From: Candidatus Rokuibacteriota bacterium
GTDB taxonomy: Bacteria; Methylomirabilota; Methylomirabilia; Rokubacteriales; DASRDR01
Reading direction: 5' to 3'
NCBI GenBank assembly: GCA_044866005.1
Contig: JBIOTN010000175.1
Location: 6,330-70,329 of the forward strand
DNA: 64,000 bases
Shown here: piece after piece, positions 36,230 to 46,031 of the stretch
Layout: each line of letters starts with the position of its first letter
Position numbering within the stretch: the stretch's first letter is position 1
Made by a program: the position numbers and the translations under genes
Notes under the pieces: model-generated
Told to the model about the DNA's origin: nothing
Seen by the model: only the letters and a program-made list of their open reading frames with translations
Databases searched by the model: none

Positions 36230-37912
36230 TCAATTCGCCAGGAAGTAGGCGAGGACGTGGGCGAGCCCCGCGTTCCAGTAGATCGCGGGCTCGTTCACGC
36301 CGTAGAGGCGGTCGTTGTCCTGGTAGGCGCGCGCGGGGAAGGGCGCGCGCACACCCTCGTCTTTGTCGTTGGGACCGCCGACGAGGAGCCCCGGCAGCAT
36401 GGCACGCGCCCGGTTGGTGAGGGACGGCTGATGGTAAGCGCGCCGCGGGGGATCGGCGCCGATGCCGGTGACGAAGCTCTTGCCGAGCGCGTTCCGGCCG
36501 AACACGTAGTGGAGCTGGTCGAGCGCGGCGCGCTGGAAGGCGGGACGGCCGCTCTCGCGGAAGGCGGCCAGGAGCTGGACGGCGCGGCCGAGCACGAGGC
36601 CGTTCGAGCCCCAGTAGTAGTCCTTGACGCCGAGCGCGACCCGGTAGCCTCCCGGGCGCTCGATCGCCTGGAGCTCCCATCCCGAGCGCTCGATGAGCGC
36701 CGCCGCGAGGCGCGCGCGCCGCGCCGGGTCGAGGGCGCTGCCCGCCTCCAGCAGCGAGAGCATCGCCAGGTTGTGGACGTGCTTCCAGGACGCGGGGTAG
36801 TCGAAGGCGGGGAACTTCTCGAGGCTGGCGAGCACGGCGGTACCGTAGCGCGCGTTCCCCGTCGCCCGCCAGAGCTCGACCGCGGCCCAGAACCGGTCGT
36901 CGCGGTCGTCGTCGTCCGCGTACTCGCCGCTCTCCACGCCGGGGGGGTTCCGGAAGCCGCCGGGCGGGAACAGGTCCGGATGGCGCTCGAGCCAGCCCCA
37001 CGCGCCCTCGGCCGCCGCGACGAGGCGCGCCGCGTATGCCGGGTCCCGGGGCTGGTAGAGCCGCGCGGTCCGCGCCGCCGCGGCGGCGAGCGTCGCGGTC
37101 GCCACGGAGGAGACGCCGAAGAGGTAGCGCGGGTCCGGGTCCTCGTGAGGCGCCCGGTCGCCCGTCCAGCGGACCTGGGCCACCTTGTGGTGGACGGCCC
37201 CGTCAGCACGCTGCATCCGGAGCAGCCAGTCGAGCTCCCACCGCATCTCGTCGAGGAGGTCCGGGAAGCCGCCCGGCTCGGACCGGGCCGCGGCGGCCTT
37301 CGGCGGCGCCGAGAGCAGCTCGTGCGTGGCGGCCAGGTGCCAGAGCGTGATGCCGGCGGCCGGCACGTACTTGCCGTAGTCACCCGCGTCGTGCCAGCCG
37401 CCCGTCACGGCGCGTCGCTCTCCCGCCTGGCCCCAGACCATCGCGTCGGCGAGGTGGCAGGCCGGGTGGGCGAACGGCGACCCGTCGCGGATCGCCGTCC
37501 CGCAGCGCTGGTAGCCGAAGATCCGCAGCGCGGCGCGGAGCGGCTCGGCGTAGATCCGGGGCCCGATCCGGAAGGGCGGCGAGCTGGCCACCCCGGGCGC
37601 CGTCACGACGTACTCCCCGGGACTCGTGAGCGGGCCGAAGTCGAGCGCCGCGACGCGATCGCCCGAGGCGGGGTCGAGCGGCCCCGGCGGACCGGCCACC
37701 CCTTCGAAGACCGGGCGCTGGGTCGCGGCCTCCCGCACGACGAAGCTCCGCGGCGCGGCCGCCACGAAGGCCACCTTCGGATCGGCGGGCCGGTAGCCGA
37801 CCTGGTCCACCCGGATCGCGGGGCCCTCGGCGCGGGGCGCCCGACCGCCGACGAGCGCGGCGGCGAGGGCGAGCGCGCCGAGGACGAGCCAGGCGGGGCG
37901 GCGGCGGCTCAC
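36230..37912 (-). CDS. glycoside hydrolase family 9 endoglucanase with N-terminal Ig-like (CelD_N) domain, secreted
   Basis: Signal peptide (SRRRPAWLVLGALALAAALVGG). GH9 signatures GGWHDAGDYGKY and the C-terminal catalytic region. The GTG start overlaps the GT4 stop (GTGA). Confidence 0.85.
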   Translation of the reverse strand: MSRRRPAWLVLGALALAAALVGGRAPRAEGPAIRVDQVGYRPADPKVAFVAAAPRSFVVREAATQRPVFEGVAGPPGPLDPASGDRVAALDFGPLTSPGEYVVTAPGVASSPPFRIGPRIYAEPLRAALRIFGYQRCGTAIRDGSPFAHPACHLADAMVWGQAGERRAVTGGWHDAGDYGKYVPAAGITLWHLAATHELLSAPPKAAAARSEPGGFPDLLDEMRWELDWLLRMQRADGAVHHKVAQVRWTGDRAPHEDPDPRYLFGVSSVATATLAAAAARTARLYQPRDPAYAARLVAAAEGAWGWLERHPDLFPPGGFRNPPGVESGEYADDDDRDDRFWAAVELWRATGNARYGTAVLASLEKFPAFDYPASWKHVHNLAMLSLLEAGSALDPARRARLAAALIERSGWELQAIERPGGYRVALGVKDYYWGSNGLVLGRAVQLLAAFRESGRPAFQRAALDQLHYVFGRNALGKSFVTGIGADPPRRAYHQPSLTNRARAMLPGLLVGGPNDKDEGVRAPFPARAYQDNDRLYGVNEPAIYWNAGLAHVLAYFLAN

Positions 37913-39153
37913 GCCGCGCCCTTCGTCCTGGGCACGGCGCGCGGCCAGACCTGGGTGGCGGCGCGCGTCCGGTGAAGCTCCTGGTAGAACGCGCTCAGAC
38001 GCTCTCCGATCGCCTCCCACCGGTAGCGGCGCTCGACCAGCTCGCGCCCGCGGGCGCCGAGCCCGGCCCGCAGCGCCGGGTCGCGAAGGCAGCGCACGAC
38101 CGCGCCGGCGAACTCCGCGGGTCGGTCGGCGACGAGCACATCCGAGCCGGGGGTGAGCTCGATCCCCTCGCAGCCGAGGGACGTCGTGACGACCGCGCAC
38201 CCGGCGGCCAGGGCCTCGAGGATCTTGAGCCGCGTCCCGCCGCCCACGCGGAGCGGCACCACGAAGACCGCCGCCTGGCGCATCCACGGGCGCACGTCCG
38301 CGACCGTCCCGGTGACGAGGACGCCGTCGCCCTGGAGCCTGCGCACCCGGTCCGGCGGGTCCTTGCCGACCACCGCGAACGTCGCCTCGGGCACGGCGGC
38401 CCGGATGCGGGGCAGGATGTCCGCGCAGAAATGGAGCACGGCGTCACTGTTCGGCTGATAGTCGATGGCCCCGGTGAAGACGATGCGCGCGGGATCCTCG
38501 GCGTCGCCGGTGGCGCGGGGCACGAAGTAGGCCGTGTCCACGCCGTTCGGGACCACGCGGATGGGGATCCCGGGCACATCATGCGCGAGCGCCGCGCGGT
38601 CGACATCCGACGTGGTGAGGATCGCGTCCACCCGGCGGCAGGCGCCGAGCTCGTCGCGCCGGAGCTTCCGGCTCTGGACGCGGTTGTAGAGGCGACGGAG
38701 CGGCCCGCGCTCCTGTCGCCACGTCCGCTCGAGCAGCCGGTATTCGACGTTGTGCTCGTCGAGCACCGTGAGGACGGTGTCCGGCCGGCGGTAGTAGCCG
38801 GCCATGTCGCCGAACTCGAGCTGGACCACGTCGAACCGGTGGCGCGCGAGCAGCGCGGTCAGCGTCGCGGCCATCTGCGGCGAGTAGTTGGCGTGGTAGG
38901 CGTAGGCGCGTCCCACGAGCGATCTCAGCTGATGGAGCCGCTTCCACCGGGCCCCCGCCGGATAGTCCACGGTGTGGACGGCGATGCCCATCTCCCGGAG
39001 CGGGCCGAGGCTGGCGCGTTCCTCGGACGAGGCGAAGCAGAGGAGCGTGACCCGGTGCGCGGCGGCGAGGACGCGGACGAGGTGGAAGATGCGGGCGGCG
39101 CCCCCGAACCGAGGCGGGTAGGGCGGGTATGGCGCGAGGACCAGGATCTCCAC
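37909..39153 (-). CDS. GT4 (GT-B fold) glycosyltransferase
   Basis: ILVLAPYPPYPPRFGGAARIFHL is the GT4 N-terminus. The C-terminus has EGIELT...GCEGIE-like motifs. GTG start 39153. Confidence 0.85.
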   Translation of the reverse strand: MEILVLAPYPPYPPRFGGAARIFHLVRVLAAAHRVTLLCFASSEERASLGPLREMGIAVHTVDYPAGARWKRLHQLRSLVGRAYAYHANYSPQMAATLTALLARHRFDVVQLEFGDMAGYYRRPDTVLTVLDEHNVEYRLLERTWRQERGPLRRLYNRVQSRKLRRDELGACRRVDAILTTSDVDRAALAHDVPGIPIRVVPNGVDTAYFVPRATGDAEDPARIVFTGAIDYQPNSDAVLHFCADILPRIRAAVPEATFAVVGKDPPDRVRRLQGDGVLVTGTVADVRPWMRQAAVFVVPLRVGGGTRLKILEALAAGCAVVTTSLGCEGIELTPGSDVLVADRPAEFAGAVVRCLRDPALRAGLGARGRELVERRYRWEAIGERLSAFYQELHRTRAATQVWPRAVPRTKGAA

Positions 39154-39158
39154 GGGGC

Positions 39159-39350
39159 TCAGCGCGAGCCCATGAGGAGGCTGCGCAGCTGGTCGAACGG
39201 ACCTCCCGAGGTGCCGTGCCAGCTCAGGAACTCGCCGGCGACGGCGGCCCCGATGAGGAAGATCAGGAGGAGCTGGACCACGGGCGTGATGCGGCGGACG
39301 ACCTTCCCGATCACCAGCGCCGCGGCGAGGATCACCAGAAGCGCGGTCAT
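39159..39350 (-). CDS. small 2-TM membrane protein (63 aa), hypothetical
   Basis: MTALLVILAAALVIGKVVRRITPVVQLLLIFLIGAAVAGEF... is hydrophobic and not low-complexity. The GC3 bias is consistent with coding. It ends 6 nt before the GT4 start. Confidence 0.5.
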   Translation of the reverse strand: MTALLVILAAALVIGKVVRRITPVVQLLLIFLIGAAVAGEFLSWHGTSGGPFDQLRSLLMGSR

Positions 39351-39362
39351 GCCCCGGGACAG

Positions 39363-39378
39363 AGCAATTGTCTTGCCA
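39363..39378 (-). promoter_or_regulatory. sigma-54-like promoter (TGGCAA-N5-TTGCT) upstream of the small-TM/GT4/GH9 operon
   Basis: Minus-strand sequence TGGCAAgacaaTTGCT. The predicted TSS is near 39352, which is 2 nt from ATG 39350, so the transcript would be leaderless. Confidence 0.4.
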
Positions 39379-39615
39379 GGGCCCCGGGCCCCGCGGCGAC
39401 GGGACGGCCGTCCGACCCCCGCGGGAAGGCGTGGGCGCCCCGGACCCGGCCGCGCCCGCCTCGCCCCGACCTGGGCGCCCGCCGGATGAAATAGTTGCCG
39501 GGGCTCGGGAAAAAGTTGGCCCGGGCGGACCGTCCACGGCTCGTCGCTCCCCCGACCGGTACGCCGTGACGCCGTGTTTCTCTCATGGTATCCCGTTTGC
39601 TGGAAGCCAGACAGG

Positions 39616-40665
39616 ATGATCGCGCTGACCGAGGGCGTACGCGGGTGTCTCGCCGAGGTCGGAGAGGCGCTCGACGATGGCCTGCTGCTCGTCGATCAGC
39701 AGGGTACGATCCACTTCTCCAACCGCACCGCTCGCAACCTCCTCGACCTCCCGGCCGACCGCTCGACGCTCGAGGCCGCGACCCAGTGGAAGAACGAGCT
39801 GATGGAGCTCCTGCGGCGACTGCCGACCGAGGGCGCGGCCACCGAGGTGCACCTCGGGAGCGCCGTCCCGCTCGTGCTCGAGGGCCACGCCGTGGAGGCC
39901 GACGGCGCCTTCTGGGGTGGCGTCTTCGTCGCCCGCTCCGCCGCCGGCCGCCGCCGCGACCTCGACTCGAACCGCGCGGGCGAGTTCGCCCACGAGGTGA
40001 AGAACTCCCTCCACTCGCTGCTCCTCAACCTCTACATGCTGCGAAAGTGGGCCGCCTCCCTGGCCTTCGTGGAGACCCAGACCCTCGGGAAGTTCGACCT
40101 GCTCTCGAACGAGGTCCACCGCCTGAACAACCTCGCCGAAGACTTCCTCCCCGACGCGCGCACGATGCGCGTGCGCCGCGACACCGTGCGGCTTCCGCAG
40201 CTCCTCGCCGAGGTCATGGGCCTGGTGACCGCGGAGGCCCGCGACGCCTGCGTCGAGATCCGCTACCGGGTGCCCGGCGAGCTGCCGCCGCTCCAGGGCG
40301 ACGCGCGGCTCCTCAAGGACGCCTTCCTGAACCTGCTGCTCAACCGGCTCCAGGTCATGCAGGGCGGCGAGCTCGAGATCCTCGCCGGACAGGGCGGGAA
40401 GCACGTCTTCGTGATGGTGAGCGACAACGGTCCCGCCATCCCGTTCGGGCTGCGGGACTCGCTCGTCGGCGAAGGGCTGCCCGGCCGCGCGGGCGCGAGC
40501 AGCCGCGGTCTCGGGATGACCGAGTGGGTGGTCCGTGGCCACGGCGGGAGCTGCGAGACGTTCAGCGCCGCCGGCCTGGGGACGACGTTCGTCCTGAAGC
40601 TCCCGCTCGCCGGGACGCCGCCCGGCGTCGCCGACGCCGACGTCGGCTTGATCCGAGAAGCCTGA
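39616..40665 (+). CDS. cytoplasmic PAS-domain sensor histidine kinase
   Basis: PAS-like N-terminus, H-box (EFAHEVKNSLHSL), and N, G1 and G2 boxes (LLNLLLNRL, DNGPAIP, GLGM). GTG 39574 is the alternative start. Confidence 0.8.
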   Translation: MIALTEGVRGCLAEVGEALDDGLLLVDQQGTIHFSNRTARNLLDLPADRSTLEAATQWKNELMELLRRLPTEGAATEVHLGSAVPLVLEGHAVEADGAFWGGVFVARSAAGRRRDLDSNRAGEFAHEVKNSLHSLLLNLYMLRKWAASLAFVETQTLGKFDLLSNEVHRLNNLAEDFLPDARTMRVRRDTVRLPQLLAEVMGLVTAEARDACVEIRYRVPGELPPLQGDARLLKDAFLNLLLNRLQVMQGGELEILAGQGGKHVFVMVSDNGPAIPFGLRDSLVGEGLPGRAGASSRGLGMTEWVVRGHGGSCETFSAAGLGTTFVLKLPLAGTPPGVADADVGLIREA

Positions 40666-40709
40666 GGCGGCCCCGCCCCGGCGCGCGCGCCGGGGCGACG
40701 GCGACCGCG

Positions 40710-41498
40710 TCAGTCGGCCAGCAGGCGGGCCAGCCCCTTGTCGCGGAGGAAGCGGCGGATCTCCGAGGCCGGGACGACGAACGTCTCCCCCGGCATCGGC
40801 ACGTCGAACGAATAGGCGTTCCCCGCGAGCTGCAGCGACACGGTGGCGGTGCGGTAGCCCTCCACGATCCCGATGAGCCGTCCCCGACGCACCTGGAAGA
40901 CGCCGCCGCCACTCGAGCCGTAGCCCACCGGCGCATCCACCTTCAGGAGCGGCTCGGATTGCTCGCCCTCCGCGGCGCTCACCGCGCCGAGCTGGCTCAC
41001 GATCCCGCTGGAGACCGACAGCCCGCGGCCGAACGGCGAGCCGACGACGACCACGTCGTCGCCGAGCCGGAGGTGCTCCTCGCGATCGAAGCGCGCCGCC
41101 GGCAGCCGGATCCCGTCGAGCCGCACGACGGCGAGGTCCGTCCCTTCGTCGATCGCCTCGACCGCGGCGGGGGCGCGGTGGAGGGCCTGGTCCGGGCCGT
41201 GATAGCGGACGGTCAGGCGCGCGGCCTCCGCCGGCGTCCCGAGGACGACATGCCCGCTGGTGACGATGTAGCTGGCGGCCGTGGCGCTTCGCCGGGGTTC
41301 GGCGCCGGAGCCCACGACGACGCCGCTCGCGACGCGGATCGGCGCGTCGTCCCGCTCGTAGACGAGCTGGACCATCGACGGCATGACCTGCTGGACGACG
41401 TCGGACTTGTTTGCAGGCGGCGGCGTGCGCTGGACGGCACAGCTCGAGACGATGACGAGCGCGAGAGAGACGGCGGCGGATCGGAATGTGTTCGTCAT
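40710..41498 (-). CDS. trypsin-like serine protease lipoprotein (S1C/DegP-like, no PDZ)
   Basis: Lipobox VSSCA. Catalytic triad context TSGHVV, DLAVV and GSSGGGVF. Confidence 0.85.
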   Translation of the reverse strand: MTNTFRSAAVSLALVIVSSCAVQRTPPPANKSDVVQQVMPSMVQLVYERDDAPIRVASGVVVGSGAEPRRSATAASYIVTSGHVVLGTPAEAARLTVRYHGPDQALHRAPAAVEAIDEGTDLAVVRLDGIRLPAARFDREEHLRLGDDVVVVGSPFGRGLSVSSGIVSQLGAVSAAEGEQSEPLLKVDAPVGYGSSGGGVFQVRRGRLIGIVEGYRTATVSLQLAGNAYSFDVPMPGETFVVPASEIRRFLRDKGLARLLAD

Positions 41499-41561
41499 GG
41501 CGCCCGATGGTAACCGGCGGCCGGGGCGATGACCATCGGGTGATCACCGGAGGGAAAAGCG

Positions 41562-41593
41562 CGAGGGGCGACGCCCCGAGACGCCGCCCCTCG
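41562..41593. terminator. GC-rich inverted repeat downstream of the Ser/Gly-repeat protein gene
   Basis: CGAGGGGCG...CGCCCCTCG are 9-bp arms around a 14-nt loop. There is no U tract. Confidence 0.25.
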
Positions 41594-41629
41594 AGCCTGC
41601 GAGGTGCTGCGAGGTGAAGGATCGACGCC

Positions 41630-42241
41630 CTACTGCTTCTCGGCCTCGATCACGGTGACGAAGTTCTCGCCGTTCCTCACCTCGTACGCCGCCTTGACCT
41701 TCGCCCCTTCGCGGAGCTCGATCATGGTGGCCTTCTTGCAGTCCACGAGGATGCTCGAGCTCGGGTCGAGCTTGAGCTTCACGTTCTGGATCTCGAAGCT
41801 GCGGCCGCTCGGGTCGAGATTCTTGATCTCGCCCTCGACCCGCTGGGTCCCCGCCGAGCCGCTCGCGCTGCCCGTGGTCCCCGCGCCGCCGCTCACCGAG
41901 GGGTAGCTGCTGCTGGATCCCGCCGAGCCGCTCGCGCTGCCCGTGGTCCCCGCGCCGCCGCTCACCGACGGCGAGGTACTCCCGGCGCCGGACGCGCCGG
42001 CCCCGCTCGTCCCGCTCGACCCCATGGCCGCGCTCGACGGGCAGTCGATCGTTGCCATGTGTCCTCCGGCCGATCCGGACGCGCCGCCGCTCTGCGAGGC
42101 CCCGACCCCGCCACTCGAGCCCGGCGACTGGGCCGGACTCGGGGCGGGTGGCGACGTCGGCCCGGTCTGCTGCGCCCCGGACAGGGAAGCGACGCCTACC
42201 ATCAGCCCGAGCACGAGGGTTACGGCCACGAGTTGTTTCAT
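41630..42241 (-). CDS. secreted Ser/Gly-rich tandem-repeat protein with conserved C-terminal domain
   Basis: ATG 42241 follows the RBS AAAGGAG. Signal peptide MKQLVAVTLVLGLMVGVASLSGA. Two copies of a 23-aa repeat (SSYPSVSGGAGTTGSASGSAG). C-terminal about 70 aa are Lys/Glu-rich and non-repetitive. Confidence 0.7.
   Translation of the reverse strand: MKQLVAVTLVLGLMVGVASLSGAQQTGPTSPPAPSPAQSPGSSGGVGASQSGGASGSAGGHMATIDCPSSAAMGSSGTSGAGASGAGSTSPSVSGGAGTTGSASGSAGSSSSYPSVSGGAGTTGSASGSAGTQRVEGEIKNLDPSGRSFEIQNVKLKLDPSSSILVDCKKATMIELREGAKVKAAYEVRNGENFVTVIEAEKQ
41849..41967. repeat. 69-bp tandem direct repeat (2 copies) inside the Ser/Gly-repeat protein gene
   Basis: cccgccgagccgctcgcgctgcccgtggtccccgcgccgccgctcaccga occurs twice with a 69-nt period (23 codons). 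Confidence 0.7.
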
Positions 42242-42537
42242 CTCGAAGCTCCTTTCTTCCACCTCCCGCGGGAGCATCCATGCAGGCGAGAGTGCCGCGA
42301 CGACACTGCCGCGGAACCGGCGTCTCCCAGGGTGCAAAGCCGGTACCGGCAGACCGTCGCGGCGAAGCCGTCGATCCCGCGCGGGATTCCCCCGGGCGGG
42401 TCCGCGCACCCTGATGCCGGGTCATACACCGGCAGACCGGGCCCGACACCGCCCGGGGGACGAGGACGTCCGGGCGGCTGCCGTTGACCCCGACCCGCGC
42501 GAAATGCTTTGATGGCGGAGGCCAGCGAGGGGGATCC

Positions 42538-42759
42538 GTGCTCGACGCCGTCACGCTGAAGGAGATCGAGGCCATCTTCGCGGTCACCGACGCGCTGGGG
42601 ATTTCGCGCGAGGCGCTCGTGATCCCGCTCGCCCCCGGTCGGCCGGGCCGCGTGCGGCGTCTGCCGAGCGGCAAGCTCGAGATCGTGGTCGACGCGGACG
42701 TGCCGCTCGCCGAGTGGCTGACGGGGCTTCCCGCCCTGATCGACGCGGCGCGGGCGTGA
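42538..42759 (+). CDS. small hypothetical protein (73 aa) translationally coupled to the AddB-like gene
   Basis: GTG follows GAGGGGGA. Its stop overlaps the AddB-like GTG start (GTGA). The sequence (VLDAVTLKEIEAIFAV...) has no recognisable domain. Confidence 0.4.
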   Translation: MLDAVTLKEIEAIFAVTDALGISREALVIPLAPGRPGRVRRLPSGKLEIVVDADVPLAEWLTGLPALIDAARA

Positions 42760-45700
42760 ACCGCCCCGCCCGCCGCGCCGCGCGCGGGCCCGAGCCGCGC
42801 CACCCGTCCCGGACGGAGGCCTCGACGCGGAGCGTTGCGGCCCTGCCGGCGAAGACGGCGTGGACCGGGCCGTTCCAGCCCGTGCTCGAGGCGGCCTGGC
42901 TCGACGCGCTCCGCGCGGTGCGCGCGCGCGATCCGCTGGGCGCCGTCTGGCTGCTGGTGCCCTCGCGCTTCCTCGGTCTCCACCTGGCGCGGCTCGCCGC
43001 GCGCGCCGGCGGCGCCGTCAACGTCCACGTCCTCACCTTCACCGACCTGGCCGACCGCCTCCTCGCATCCGCCACCCGGCCGCTCCGCCGCCTCCCCGAG
43101 GTGGGGGACGTGCTCGTCCTGCGCCAGGCCCTCCGCGCCGTCGTCCGCGACGACGGCTACTTCGCCGCCGTTCGCGAGGCGCGACGCTTCCCCGCGCTCC
43201 TGGCCGCCACGCTGGCCGAGCTGCGCACGGCAGGGGTCGCGCCCGACGACCTCGAGGCCGCCGCCGCGAAGGCCGTGACCGTCGCCGGCGCGGCGAAGCT
43301 CCGTGAGGTCGCGCAGATCGCGCGCCACGCGGCCGAACTGCTCGGCGCCGGCGGGTTCACGCACCCCACGGACGCCCTCTGGGCCGCGGCCGAGCGCGCG
43401 CCGAGGGCGCCGGCGCTCGAGGGCTGCGCGGCCCTCCTGGTGTACGGGTTCGTGGACTGGAACGCGGCCGAGCGCGCCCTGCTCGCCCGCCTCGTCGCGC
43501 GACTCCCCGGCGTCTGCTTCGTGCCCGCGGAGCCCGGTCCGGCCTTCGCCCCGCTCGAGCCGCTCCTCGCCTGGCTCGCCGACCAGGGGTTCACCATCGA
43601 GCCTCCGCCGACCGCGCCCCCGCCGCGCGGGCCACGGGCCCTCGCCGCGCGCCTCTTCCACGAGGCCGGGACCGCGCCGCCGGCGCCCGATCCGGTCACG
43701 GGGCTCGAGGTGATCGCGGCGCCCGGCGAGGAACGCGAGGTCCGCGAGATCGCGCGCCGCATCCTCGCGGCCGCGGCCGAGGGGATCCCGTTCGACGCGA
43801 TGGGCATCCTCGTGCGACGCCCCGACGACTACCGCAGCGCGATCCGCGACGTCTTCGCCGTGGCGGGCATCCCCTACACCTGGGGCGTGGCGCCGCGCCT
43901 GGGCGAGACGCGCGCCGGGCGGAGCCTGCGACTCCTGCTCCTGGCACGGCGCGACGGCTTCGGGCGCGCGGCGGTCATGGAGTTCCTGGCGACAGCCGAG
44001 CTGCGGGCCGGCGAGGGGGTGGAGCCGGCCGAGTGGGACCGGCTGTCGCGCGAGGCGGGGATCGTCGCCGGCCGCGAGGACTGGCGGCGCGGGCTCGGGC
44101 GCCTCCGTCACCGGCTCGCGACGGCGCCGCCGCCGGCCGATGACGAGGACCGCGTGGCGCCCCCGCCGCCCGACGCGACGGCGGTGGACGCCCTCGGCCG
44201 CATCGTCGGAACGCTCCTCGACGCGCTCGCGACGCTGTCCGACCCGGCCCCCGCGGCCACGCTCGCGCGCGGCCTCCTCCGGGCCTTCCTCCGCTTGTGC
44301 CGGCGCGACCACGATGTCGAGCAGGTCGCCGCCGGGCTGGCCGGCTTCGAGGCGCTCGCCCCGCTCGCAGAGCCCATCTCGCTCGACGAGTTCGCGGACC
44401 TCGTGGACGTGGCGCTCGCGCTCCCCGCCGAGCCGGGACCCGAGGCCCGCCAGGGCAAGGTCTTCGTCGGCGAGCTCCACCAGGCGCTCGGGTTGCCCTT
44501 CCGCTTCGTCGTGATCCCCGGGCTCGTGGAGCAGGGCTTCCCCGCCGCGCCCCGGCCGGACCCCATCCTCGCCGAGGACGAGCGCGCGACGCTCGACGCG
44601 CAGGTCCCGGGCGGACGGCCCGGCCTCGGCGCCGCGGCCCGCCGGCCGGCCGAGGAGCGCCTCGCCTTCCGGCTCGCGGTCGCGGCGGCGGAGGAGCGAC
44701 TCCTCCTCACCTACCCGCGGGTCGAGGTGCCGTCCGGGCGGCCGCGCGTCCCGTCCTTCTTCCTCCTGCGGCTCGCGGAGGCCGCGACGGGACGGCCCTT
44801 CGACTTCTCGCGCCTGGAGACGGAATGGCCCGCGTTCCGCCGCGTCGCGCTCGCGCCGGCGCCGCGCGAAGCGATCGCCGCGCCCATCGACGAGCGCGAG
44901 TGGCTGCTCGCGCAGGCGAGCCGCGGCCGGGAGGGCGGCGCGCGGGGGCGCGCGGCCTGCCTGGCGCTCTCGCCGCGCGCGGCGCGGGGCCGCGTCGTGC
45001 TCGAGGCGCGCGAGCACGGCCTCGTCGTCAGCCCCTGGGACGGCCTCCTGCCCGCCGAGCTTCGCCCGGCGCTGGCGCGTCACCACCGCCCCGCGGAGGC
45101 GCCGGTAGCCGCGACGCCGCTCGAGACCTACGCGACGTGCCCCTTTCGCTACTACCTCGCGCACGTGCTGGGCCTGGCCCCCGCACGCGAGCCCGAACGG
45201 CTGCTCACGCTGCCTCCGGCCGACCGCGGCCGGCTGCTCCACACGGTCCTCGCCCGCGCTTACGCCGCGTTCCGCGACGGGGGCCTCCTGCCGCTCACCC
45301 CCGAACGCCTGCCCGAGGCGCGGCCGATCGTCGAGCGCGCCTTCGACGAGGCCGAAGCCGCCCTCGGCGCGCTCGGTCTGGCGCCCTTCTGGCAGGGCGA
45401 GCGCGCGCGGCTCCGCGCCGACGTCCTCGCCGCGCTCGAAGCCGAGGCGCGCGCCACGGCGGATGGCGTCGGCTGGGTCCCCAGCGAGTTCGAGCTCGCC
45501 TTCGGCGCGGGTCCGGAGCCGGGGGTCGAGCACCGGCTGGCGAGCGGCCGCGTCCTCGGCTTCCGCGGGCGCCTGGACCGACTCGACGTCTCGGCCGACG
45601 GGACGCGCGCGCGGGTCATCGACTACAAGTCCGGCCGGGCGCGCGGCGCCGCCGGGAAGCTCGCCGGCGGGACCGCGCTGCAGCTGCCGATCTATCGCCT

Positions 45701-46031
45701 CGCCGCGGAGGCGATCTGCGAGGCCCGCGGGCTCGGCGCGCGCGTCGAGCGGGCGGAGTACTACTTCCTCACGCGTCGGGGCGGGCGCCGGCACGTGCCC
45801 TTCGGCCTCGAGGACTGGCAGGCACGCCGCGCGGACTTCGACCGCGCGCTGGAGGCGGTCCTGGACGGCATCGCGGCCGGGCGTTTCTTTCAGGAGCCGA
45901 GCGCCGAGAGCTGTCGCGCCTGCGACTACCCGGTCGCGTGCGGGCCGGAGCGGGAGCGCATCGCCTGGGTCGAGCAGAAGCGCGCCGATCCCGTCCGGGA
46001 GCCGTTCGCGCGCCTCCGGGAGATCCAGTGA
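42755..46031 (+). CDS. AddB/RexB-like PD-(D/E)XK nuclease subunit of a helicase-nuclease complex
   Basis: Inactivated helicase-like N-terminus. C-terminal RecB-family nuclease (VIDYKSGRA...LQLPIY) and a Cys cluster (SCRACDYPVAC) suggest an Fe-S domain. The start is GTG 42755 or GTG 42714. Confidence 0.75.

Noticed and set aside
42483-42520. Possible sigma-70 -35/-10 pair (TTGACC ... TTTGAT) upstream of the small ORF and addB-like operon
   Set aside because: The -10 hexamer is poor and the spacing is ambiguous. It is not distinguishable from chance.
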